Shown here one piece after another: positions 1 through 7,173 of a stretch of DNA of 64,000 nt. The position numbers and the translations under genes are program-made. Source of the stretch: a virus; the IMG/VR virus record IMGVR_UViG_3300045988_171220, positions 1 through 64,000 of that record. One strand, 5' to 3'. Each line of letters begins with the position of its first letter. Position 1 is the first letter of the stretch. Under the pieces are notes generated by a model. The model was given only the letters and a program-made list of their open reading frames with translations. It was not told where the DNA came from and searched no databases.

Positions 1-384
1 ATGGCTTATTTTATTTTACAAAACAGAAGACTACCTAAACAAGCTGTTTCTTATTTCAAGTTTCAAGATCAAACAGCAAACATCTCACCCTATCTTTCCA
101 TAAAGATCAGAAAAAAAGAAGAAATTATTCCTTTCAAGGATAATAAAGAAATGATTCCGGTTAAAGAACGTTTAGTATCAACATTCCCGGATTTTGTGAA
201 AGTAGGGAACAGTTATATCAAAAAGACTATGTTCCGGGAATACAAACCTGTTTCCCGTCCTGATGAAAATGTGTGTTATATCCTATTCAAAACTTCTTTT
301 GGTAGCATAAAAATTAGGTTTGATAACGAAGAAGATTTGAAAAAGGAACTTGTTTCTATGGATCAACTTTTTGATGTAGAATAA
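1..384 (+). CDS. hypothetical protein (127 aa)
   Basis: Open frame from an ATG at window position 1. No recognisable motif. Confidence 0.5.
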   Translation: MAYFILQNRRLPKQAVSYFKFQDQTANISPYLSIKIRKKEEIIPFKDNKEMIPVKERLVSTFPDFVKVGNSYIKKTMFREYKPVSRPDENVCYILFKTSFGSIKIRFDNEEDLKKELVSMDQLFDVE

Positions 385-410
385 TCTAATCATCTCAAAA
401 ACAACAAAAT

Positions 411-920
411 ATGGAAACGAAAGACAGAACAAAAACAGAAGTCTCTATTGAATTAAGGGAAGTTCAAAGAGAAATCAGTAAAGCAAGAAGTACAAGAAAT
501 TGGGCAAAAATTTCTTTTCTGAATCAAAAAAGAATACGCCTGCAAGAAGAACTGGATTACTTAAAATCCAAAGACAAGTTCTATTACCAAGAACAAAATT
601 TGGAAAAATCACTTGTTTCTTGGGCAGCAAAGACACTCAATCTTTCTCTCAATATGGCAGATTTATCCGTGTATTATCTGGACTTGTATTTGCTTCATTT
701 CAAAGAAAGAGGATTTGTTCCTACTGATGAATGGAAAGTTAAAGAAAAAGCATTTCATGAAGCTGCAAAAGAGCTTGCAGAATATATGCGATATTTCTTT
801 AAAGGTAAATCTTCTGACGATAATTCTGAAAGCATGTCGGAGCTTATGGATTTGATCGAAAGAGATTACTATACGGATAGAGAAAAAGTTCATCATAAAC
901 AGTACGAAGAAAAGTTATGA
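411..920 (+). CDS. hypothetical protein (169 aa), charged/helical
   Basis: Longest ORF in the interval; the overlapping ORFs in other frames are low-complexity shadows. Confidence 0.55.
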   Translation: METKDRTKTEVSIELREVQREISKARSTRNWAKISFLNQKRIRLQEELDYLKSKDKFYYQEQNLEKSLVSWAAKTLNLSLNMADLSVYYLDLYLLHFKERGFVPTDEWKVKEKAFHEAAKELAEYMRYFFKGKSSDDNSESMSELMDLIERDYYTDREKVHHKQYEEKL

Positions 921-993
921 CAAGATTGAATAAATTTTTGGGAAGATATGGGCATACTTGAACGACTTGTTAGGTATTATGGAGGATTGAATT

Positions 994-1395
994 ATGACAT
1001 TTACTAAAGCATGTTTTATACGCAAAAATACCCCAGAGCTTCGCAACAAATTAAAAGAGTTGGGGTATGAACCGTCAGAAAGAGTATCTAATGATAATGA
1101 ATTATGTTTGGCTACAGGAATGGACAAATTCACTACCATTAAAAACGAAACTTTTGATTCTTGTAATCCACATACGACATGGAATTGTGCTGGACGAATA
1201 GATTGCAATGATAATGAAGAACTTTTCTTGGCTATTGCTGCAATAAGAAACGATACTGATATCTATCAATGGTTTATCTCACCGCAAGGATTTTTTGCTT
1301 TTAATGATAACCATAAGGATATTTCAAAAGTACCACCCTTTAAATGGCGTAAAGCTACTATCGAAGAATTAATTGAATATTTTGAGGAGGATTGA
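994..1395 (+). CDS. hypothetical protein (133 aa)
   Basis: ATG preceded by GGAGGATTGAATT. The same 17-mer GGAGGATTGAATTATGA recurs at the ORF end (1385-1401). Confidence 0.6.
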   Translation: MTFTKACFIRKNTPELRNKLKELGYEPSERVSNDNELCLATGMDKFTTIKNETFDSCNPHTTWNCAGRIDCNDNEELFLAIAAIRNDTDIYQWFISPQGFFAFNDNHKDISKVPPFKWRKATIEELIEYFEED

Positions 1396-1672
1396 ATTAT
1401 GAGAAATAAAGTTTGGCACTTATATACGAAGCTACACTAAAATAATAAGGCATTATGGAGGTAGATGCTAAAATAGAACAAGGTACTTATGAAGAGTATG
1501 CTCAGGTAGAAGACTGGATTGGTTTTATATGGTGAAACAGACGATTACGAAGGAGATGAAATCGAGAAAATCATCAAAGAATGTAAACTCACCGAAGGAA
1601 AATTGGATTAACAGTTTTCGATATTTTTGGTGAAAACCTAAAAATCAAGCAAAACTTTGCTATATTTGTGGT

Positions 1673-1837
1673 GCGAATTACATTAATACAAACATGGTAA
1701 AGTTTTCATAATAAAAGAAACCAACAACCGTTCTATTCATATTTAAACGGCTTTCGCCTTCCCAACGTTAAGGAAAATCTTACCATGCTTCTTAATGTAA
1801 TTCGCAACCGGGAAAAGCAAAGCCGTTTTTCTTTTTG
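1673..1837 (+). promoter_or_regulatory. long-range stem-loop / pseudoknot-like element with T-tract, upstream of the antirepressor gene
   Basis: GCGAATTACATTAA (1673-1686) pairs with TTAATGTAATTCGC (1792-1805). CATGGTAAAG (1693-1702) pairs with CTTACCATG (1779-1787). AAACGGCTTT (1745-1754) pairs with AAAGCCGTTT (1818-1827), followed by TTTCTTTTT. Confidence 0.35.
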
Positions 1838-1865
1838 CCTATAAATACAATTAAAATACAAAATT

Positions 1866-2669
1866 ATGAACGAGTTAGTTTACAGAAAAGAAAATCAAGT
1901 ATTAACAAACAGCAAACTTGTTGCTATGAAATTTGGGAAAAGACATTCTGACGTAATTAGAGCAATAGAAGATGTTTTCCCGAAACTATCTGAAAATGAA
2001 CAAAAACGCAATTTTGCGTTATCGGAAGAAGATGTAAAGTTGCCCAATGGAGGTTCGAAGAAAAGAAAGTTTTATGTAATGACAGAAACGGGATTCACAC
2101 TTCTTGTTATGGGATTTACTGGAGAAAAAGCGATTCGGTTTAAGATGGATTACATTAACGCTTTCAATGAAATGAAGCAAACAATACAAGCACTTTCTTC
2201 CCCGTCTTATATGGAGGTTGACCCGATCAAGCGTGCGGAGATGTGGATTCAAGAAGAAAAAGAAAGACAGGCTCTAAAGGAACAAGCTAAACAGCTTGCC
2301 GAAGAAAACAAAAATCTGGAAACCCGAATAGAAGAAGATATGCCTAAAGTGATTTTCGCAATGGCTGTAACCGAATCCAAACGTTCCTGTCTTGTTGCCG
2401 AGCTTGCAAAGATTATCTGTCAAAACGGAATGGAGGTAGGGCAGAACCGGTTATTTAAGTGGCTCCGCAAACGCGGATATCTTGGAACGAAAGGAGAATA
2501 CTACAATCAGCCTATGCAAAGATGGGTAGAAGCAGGGATGTTCGAGATCAAGAAAAGAACGATCACAAAACCGAATGGCGATCTGATTACAGTAAGCACA
2601 CCTCTTGTAACCGGCAAAGGTCAAGTGTATCTCGTGAACAAGTTCTTGAAAGAATATATTTCAAAATGA
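1866..2669 (+). CDS. phage antirepressor / regulatory protein (Rha-like N-terminal domain plus KilAC-like C-terminal domain)
   Basis: The N-terminus (LVAMKFGKRHSDVIRAIE...FYVMTETGFTLLVMGFTGEKAIRFKMDYINAF) is typical of the Rha family. The C-terminal part (PKVIFAMAV...LAKII...GQNRLFKWLRKRGYL) is KilAC/Ant-like. Confidence 0.75.
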   Translation: MNELVYRKENQVLTNSKLVAMKFGKRHSDVIRAIEDVFPKLSENEQKRNFALSEEDVKLPNGGSKKRKFYVMTETGFTLLVMGFTGEKAIRFKMDYINAFNEMKQTIQALSSPSYMEVDPIKRAEMWIQEEKERQALKEQAKQLAEENKNLETRIEEDMPKVIFAMAVTESKRSCLVAELAKIICQNGMEVGQNRLFKWLRKRGYLGTKGEYYNQPMQRWVEAGMFEIKKRTITKPNGDLITVSTPLVTGKGQVYLVNKFLKEYISK

Positions 2670-2685
2670 AAATTAAAAATCACCC

Positions 2686-2754
2686 GATTTGTCGCAATAT
2701 AATGTTACATTTTAGTCTGAAAAATCTATTTGACATATTATATTGCGACAAATC
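2686..2754. repeat. 18-bp perfect inverted repeat (stem-loop, 33-nt loop) just after the antirepressor stop
   Basis: GATTTGTCGCAATATAAT (2686-2703) is the reverse complement of ATTATATTGCGACAAATC (2737-2754). Confidence 0.85.
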
Positions 2755-2824
2755 CACAAAAAGTTTGTTACTTATAAACACTTCTGCTCACTATCCTACC
2801 TAAATGTTAAAATCAAAAATCTAT

Positions 2825-3017
2825 GTTTTAGACCTTAAAATCACTCTATTTTTGGTCAAAAATATACAATAAGTAAATTCATTTTCGCCTATAAGGGAAG
2901 TCGAAAATTCAAAATTTATAAATCATTGATATTTAATTGTTTAACTCAAAATCTTATCAGAAATACACTTTTACACCTTATTGTAAAAATATACAATAAG
3001 TCTAAGCTCTGTTTTTA
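2825..3017 (+). repeat. 193-nt direct-repeat unit A of the ORF-free region
   Basis: Alignable by eye along its length with 4370-4562. Starts GTTTTAGACC and ends CTGTTTTTA. Contains two copies of AAAAATATACAATAAGT about 127 nt apart. Confidence 0.75.
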
Positions 3018-3404
3018 CATCTCATTTTACCTCAAATGTTAAATCCAATTTGAAAAAGTAAAAGTAAACAGTTACATTTTAGTAGGAAAATAGTTACAGA
3101 AGGTTAAATAGGAGAAACTACCCTTCCATAAGGCAAAATTCATTCCATATGGATGCTATTTGTGGCAATTCTTGCTGTCTGGTAGCAGGGAATTAACTCT
3201 ATTTTGTAATAACAAACTATTACATTTTGGACAGTTTTTGAGCATTTCTTGGTATCATTTTGTAAAGTAAAACAATAATTGTTCTATCAAAATTTAATGG
3301 TTGAGTGCCTTATGTGATGTATTTTTCAAAATGTCAATAAATCAATTGTTTCTATATCATTTTGTCAAAATAGGGAGATTTTATGTATTGAGCGAAGCGA
3401 TTGT

Positions 3405-3445
3405 CCCTCGGAAGGGAGAAAGAATCCGCAAGGATTCCCCTTCCG
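3405..3445 (+). other. GC-rich bipartite hairpin capped by a GCAA (GNRA) tetraloop; possible ncRNA element
   Basis: CGGAAGGG (3409-3416) pairs with CCCTTCCG (3438-3445). GAATCC-GCAA-GGATTC occupies 3422-3437. An alternative pairing TCCCT(3404-3408)/AGGGA(3413-3417) competes for the same G-run. Confidence 0.5.
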
Positions 3446-4210
3446 AAAGAAAATAGGATAGACCAACTCACCAAAAATCGCCAATAGAGAATTAAATCCA
3501 TATCTCTACATATACCAACAAAGAAAAACAGAAAACCCAGTTATATAGAACAGAAAAAGAAATACCCCTCCCCCATAAAAAAAAGCCCTATAAGAAAGTA
3601 AATCCAAAAATCCTGTATATACAAGAATAGAGAATATTAGAGCATCTATTATTTGTGTAAAAAGTAAATACCCGCCCTCTCCTACTTGATTATATTGAAA
3701 ATCAATGAGATAAATAAAAGAACTTTCTATGGAAATTGGCTATATACAATCTATTTGGAAGTTTTGTCTTGTGACGTGTTAGGCGTATAGTTTGGACGCA
3801 AAGAGGACTTATAGGATTTCAAAATAAAAATTCTATATATATCAACTTACTGAAAATCAATAAGTTAAATATGTGTTTTTATTTTGAAAATCCCTACACG
3901 GGAGCTATTTTGAGATTTTGTCTTGTGGCATGTTGGACACGCCACCTCAATATGGAGAGTCCTCAAACAGTCCCTAAGGATACCCTGGGTAAACAAAATA
4001 CCCCGCCTAACCTATTTCTTTTTGTTTTTCTGGCATTTTATCGTCAAAATGGTATAGATGTACCACCTACCAAAAGAAAGTGCCTTAAATCGTCTTATTT
4101 GGCTTCATATGTTTTGAGGGAATGGAAGCTACTTTAAACTATAGAAACATACCACTCTAAGGACATGTCATTATCCAAGCGTATAGGATAGTCACGATAC
4201 ATTGAAAGTT

Positions 4211-4240
4211 CCTATATATATTATATATAATATATATAGG
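4211..4240. repeat. 30-bp perfect AT-rich palindrome
   Basis: CCTATATATATTATA|TATAATATATATAGG is exactly self-complementary. Confidence 0.9.
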
Positions 4241-4369
4241 AAAAATCAAATATAAGGGTATATTCAGAGCAAAAGAAGATATAAATACGTACGAAATTAT
4301 ATATGATATTCGTATGTACAAATAACGTCCTATTATATCAAAATAGGGTTATTTGTGTCAAATTTGAAA

Positions 4370-4562
4370 GTTTTTAGACCGAATTTTGCCTATTTTCATT
4401 GTAAAAATTACAATAAGTCAAATTCTTTTTGCCTATAGGGCGTACTCGAAAATTCAATTCATTTAAAATATTGATTTTTAGCAAGTTATTTGTTTTTACT
4501 TTAAAAATCCGAGTTTTTGGAACGATCAAAAAATTATACAATAAGTCAATTTGCTTGTTTTA
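4370..4562 (+). repeat. 193-nt direct-repeat unit B of the ORF-free region
   Basis: Partner of 2825-3017. Starts GTTTTTAGACC and ends CTTGTTTTA. Contains AAAAATTACAATAAGT and AAAAATTATACAATAAGT about 125 nt apart. Confidence 0.75.
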
Positions 4563-4634
4563 GTGTCAAAAATGAAAAGTATTGAGGTTTTACAGGTGAA
4601 AAAATAGGTATAATTTGGTATTAGTATAGCTCTC

Positions 4635-4681
4635 AAAATTGGGTCGTATATGGTGCGTTGTAGCGCCGTAGACCCAATTTT
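4635..4681. terminator. A/T-flanked hairpin (bidirectional-terminator-like), twin of 5146-5196
   Basis: AAAATTGGGTC (4635-4645) pairs with GACCCAATTTT (4671-4681). An inner GCG-TTGTA-GCGC mini-hairpin is present. Confidence 0.45.
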
Positions 4682-4838
4682 AAAAACAATAGATATATTA
4701 CCCCAAGAAGGCAAAAAGTAGAAAGCAAACACAATTGCAAACACTCTGGAAGGTACATGAATAAAGGAAAGGTGAGGAATAGAGGGAATGAAGAGGGAAG
4801 GCGTTTTGTGTGGAGTGATGGCGGGCGCGGCGGGATAG

Positions 4839-4956
4839 TTACATACATACACTACCTTAAATCAATTATACACTTAATCAAAAACAAATAATCACACATA
4901 CATACACTTCAAAAACCTTTATATGATCAAAACAAACAATACATATACACTTCTCT
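4839..4956 (+). repeat. iteron-like direct repeats (C)ATACA(T)ACACT, 3-4 copies
   Basis: ACATACATACACT near 4840, TATACACT near 4868, ACATACATACACT near 4896 and ACATATACACT near 4941. They follow a purine-rich tract (4745-4835). Confidence 0.6.
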
Positions 4957-5145
4957 TCTTGCTATTCTTGTTAAATAGAGATTACTTTCCTATTATGCTA
5001 TATAGTTATATTTTCCTATTCTTTTTCTTTTATTTTGATAGATATTTGTGTAATTTGTTGATAATTAGATAATTGTGTTTTAGGTTATTTAGATTCATTC
5101 TAAATAAGGTTTTATTTATTGGTACGGGTTATTCCTATTTGTTTT

Positions 5146-5196
5146 AAAATTGAGGTTCCGCCCGCGCTGTATGCGCTTTCGCTTCGCCTCAATTTT
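5146..5196. terminator. A/T-flanked hairpin (bidirectional-terminator-like), twin of 4635-4681
   Basis: AAAATTGAGG (5146-5155) pairs with CCTCAATTTT (5187-5196). An inner GCGC-TGTAT-GCGC mini-hairpin is present. Confidence 0.45.
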
Positions 5197-5238
5197 GATA
5201 TAAGTAACAAACTAAACAAAGAAAAAGAGGTAAATTAA

Positions 5239-5300
5239 CCTTTCTTAACTATAAAACCTTTGGTATGTAACATTAAAGTGTTACATTTGTATCAAAGAAA
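5239..5300 (+). promoter_or_regulatory. conserved promoter module copy 1 (TGTAACA-N6-TGTTACATTTG)
   Basis: 62-nt block identical to 7044-7105 at 60 of 62 positions. Dyad ATGTAACA (5265-5272) / TGTTACAT (5279-5286). TACATTTG (5282-5289) fits the Bacteroides -7 consensus TAnnTTTG and lies 49 nt before the ATG. Confidence 0.6.
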
Positions 5301-5337
5301 AGAACTAATAACAACAACTAATTAAACAACAAAAGTT

Positions 5338-6144
5338 ATGAAAGCAAAAAGAATCAGCAGCAATCAAGCAAAGGAATTGATCGGCAATGTAAAGTCAGTT
5401 ATTCGTTTGGGTGGCTTTGAAACTGGAAAGCGCACTAATCTAAACAAAGCGATTGAGCTTTGCAAAAGTAGTTACTCAATTGTTTTTTCAAGCCTGGAAT
5501 TTCTGTTTGAAAAAGAATATCAAACGGAACAAAAAGTTCGCTTTATCAACTTTTTGGGCGAAAATTACGAGATTTGGTTCGAAAGTGGCAAAGTCTATAC
5601 CTTCGAAAATGAAGGTGAAAAGTTTTTGGTTGTCACGGGTTTAGGGTTCTGCAACGTTTATAAGCTGATTGAAAAGGATGAAAGCAAAAGCTTCGACGAT
5701 CAGCCGGCAATAACGGATAACGGCGATAGCAAAGGAACTTCTATTTTTTACAAAGGTAAAATGATTAAGATTAATTGCTTGCTATCAAACACGAAGGTTT
5801 GCAAGTGGGATAAAAAGTACCCGGAAAATCACAACCACTACATTATAACAGTGAGCTATGAGGGCAAAAGGTTGTCTTTCGATTGGTTTGATAGCCTCTC
5901 TAACTTTAGAGCCGGAAATATCGACAAAAGTAGAAATGAAATTATTGAAATGTTTTACTTCTACTTACAGGACATTCTTTACAAAAACGAATATTCAGAC
6001 AAAAACAACTTTTGTAAAGAAAATGAAAATACGCTCGCTTTGTGGAATTCGCTATGTAAACAAGAAAGTAAGTATAATAGAGTGTTTGAAGGCGTTGACG
6101 TTTACGAACTTGCAAACTATTTACAGAAAACATTTGAATTATAA
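5338..6144 (+). CDS. hypothetical protein (268 aa)
   Basis: Long ORF directly downstream of promoter module 1. No recognisable motifs. Confidence 0.7.
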   Translation: MKAKRISSNQAKELIGNVKSVIRLGGFETGKRTNLNKAIELCKSSYSIVFSSLEFLFEKEYQTEQKVRFINFLGENYEIWFESGKVYTFENEGEKFLVVTGLGFCNVYKLIEKDESKSFDDQPAITDNGDSKGTSIFYKGKMIKINCLLSNTKVCKWDKKYPENHNHYIITVSYEGKRLSFDWFDSLSNFRAGNIDKSRNEIIEMFYFYLQDILYKNEYSDKNNFCKENENTLALWNSLCKQESKYNRVFEGVDVYELANYLQKTFEL

Positions 6145-6165
6145 ACTATTAAAAAATGATATGTT

Positions 6166-6606
6166 ATGAAATCGATACAGATAAACAGCAGAAAAGAGGC
6201 TTTAAACTTTGTTTTTCAGAATAGCCCTTGTATTTCTATTCGCTTCGATAGAAGGCGCAAAGAAGTAAAGCAAGTTTTGTATTTTGTTTCTTTTGAAGAA
6301 ACAAAAGAAATAGAAGCAAAGAAAATGAAACGGTATGGAAATAAGGAACCATATTTGGACATGCCAATTAAAAAACTAATATGGACAATAAAAAGTTTTG
6401 CCCGAAAAGATAATTACAGGAAAGTTTTAATACAAGGGAATAACGGGTTTTATTGGTGCAACCCGGTTTATGGTCTAAGAGATTACAATAGATCATTTGC
6501 GGGAAAATTGACGGACAAAAACGCGCGTAAGGTGTCATTAATTAATTCTTTAATTGATAAGTGGGTAGATTGTCTACCCACTTATGCGGAAAATCTGAAA
6601 GTATGA
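6166..6606 (+). CDS. hypothetical protein (146 aa)
   Basis: ORF. Its stop overlaps the next start in an ATGA overlap at 6603-6606. Confidence 0.6.
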   Translation: MKSIQINSRKEALNFVFQNSPCISIRFDRRRKEVKQVLYFVSFEETKEIEAKKMKRYGNKEPYLDMPIKKLIWTIKSFARKDNYRKVLIQGNNGFYWCNPVYGLRDYNRSFAGKLTDKNARKVSLINSLIDKWVDCLPTYAENLKV

Positions 6607-6815
6607 AACGCGTGTACAAGTGGGTAGTTAACGGGCTGGAGTTCTCCAGCCTTCAAAAAGCAAAACAATTTTGCAGGGAAAGCGAAACAAATGCAACCGG
6701 TATTTATGGAGTTGACAGGAACGGAAATAATGTAACCTTTACACCTATTGAAAATACAAAACGCGGAATTTCCTTTGGAAAGTCTTACAAAATAAATGTA
6801 AACAATACACTTTAA
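6603..6815 (+). CDS. hypothetical protein (70 aa)
   Basis: Internal ATG of the 6561 ORF, coupled to the upstream stop through ATGA. Confidence 0.5.
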   Translation: MKRVYKWVVNGLEFSSLQKAKQFCRESETNATGIYGVDRNGNNVTFTPIENTKRGISFGKSYKINVNNTL

Positions 6816-6836
6816 TAAACTGTAAAAAACAAAGTT

Positions 6837-7043
6837 ATGAAACTGAAAGCAATACAAATAATATTAGAAGGTTTGAAAGTAGTATTTATTTCCTTCATTA
6901 TCTCTTTGATTTTATTGTATGCGGATAATAACAACGTTTTATACGTTATCTTATCTATTCCGGTGGTGATTGTTTTATTTTATATTCTGATTGAAAAATC
7001 ATTTATAAGTAACAAACAAAACAAAGAAAAACAATTAAATTAG
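6837..7043 (+). CDS. small membrane protein (68 aa, two hydrophobic helices)
   Basis: Hydrophobic stretches VVFISFIISLILLY and VLYVILSIPVVIVLFYILI. Confidence 0.5.
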   Translation: MKLKAIQIILEGLKVVFISFIISLILLYADNNNVLYVILSIPVVIVLFYILIEKSFISNKQNKEKQLN

Positions 7044-7105
7044 CCTTTCTTAACTATAATTCCTTTGGTATGTAACATTAAAGTGTTACATTTGTATCAA
7101 AGAAA
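7044..7105 (+). promoter_or_regulatory. conserved promoter module copy 2
   Basis: Near-identical to 5239-5300. The TACATTTG box is at 7087-7094. Confidence 0.6.
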
Positions 7106-7173
7106 AACAAGTAATAACAGTAACTAAACTAATTAAACAAGGTGCGCAAACCTTGACAAAACGCAATCAAATT

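Noticed and set aside
1455-1611. Small acidic ORF (MEVDAKIEQGTYEEYAQVEDWIGF / YGETDDYEGDEIEKIIKECKLTEGKLD) apparently split by a 1-nt frameshift near 1527
   Set aside because: Each piece is under 30 codons and there is no motif support. It cannot be distinguished from chance frames, so it is mentioned only as a possible decayed gene.
3871-4137. 88-aa plus-strand ORF, and the 108/71-aa minus-strand ORFs at 4526-4852, inside the ORF-free region
   Set aside because: They have low-complexity, proline/phenylalanine-rich translations. They overlap repeats, hairpins and a polypurine tract, have no promoter or start context, and are out of register with the tight operon packing seen elsewhere. Treated as chance ORFs.
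2670-5337. CRISPR array, solitary CRISPR-like repeats or tRNA genes in the non-coding region
   Set aside because: The repeats are long (193 nt) or irregularly spaced, not 25-40-nt units with uniform spacers. I found no GGTTCGAAT-type T-loop or cloverleaf; GCGT-ATAGTTTGG-ACGC near 3783 looked D-arm-like, but no anticodon or T arm follows.
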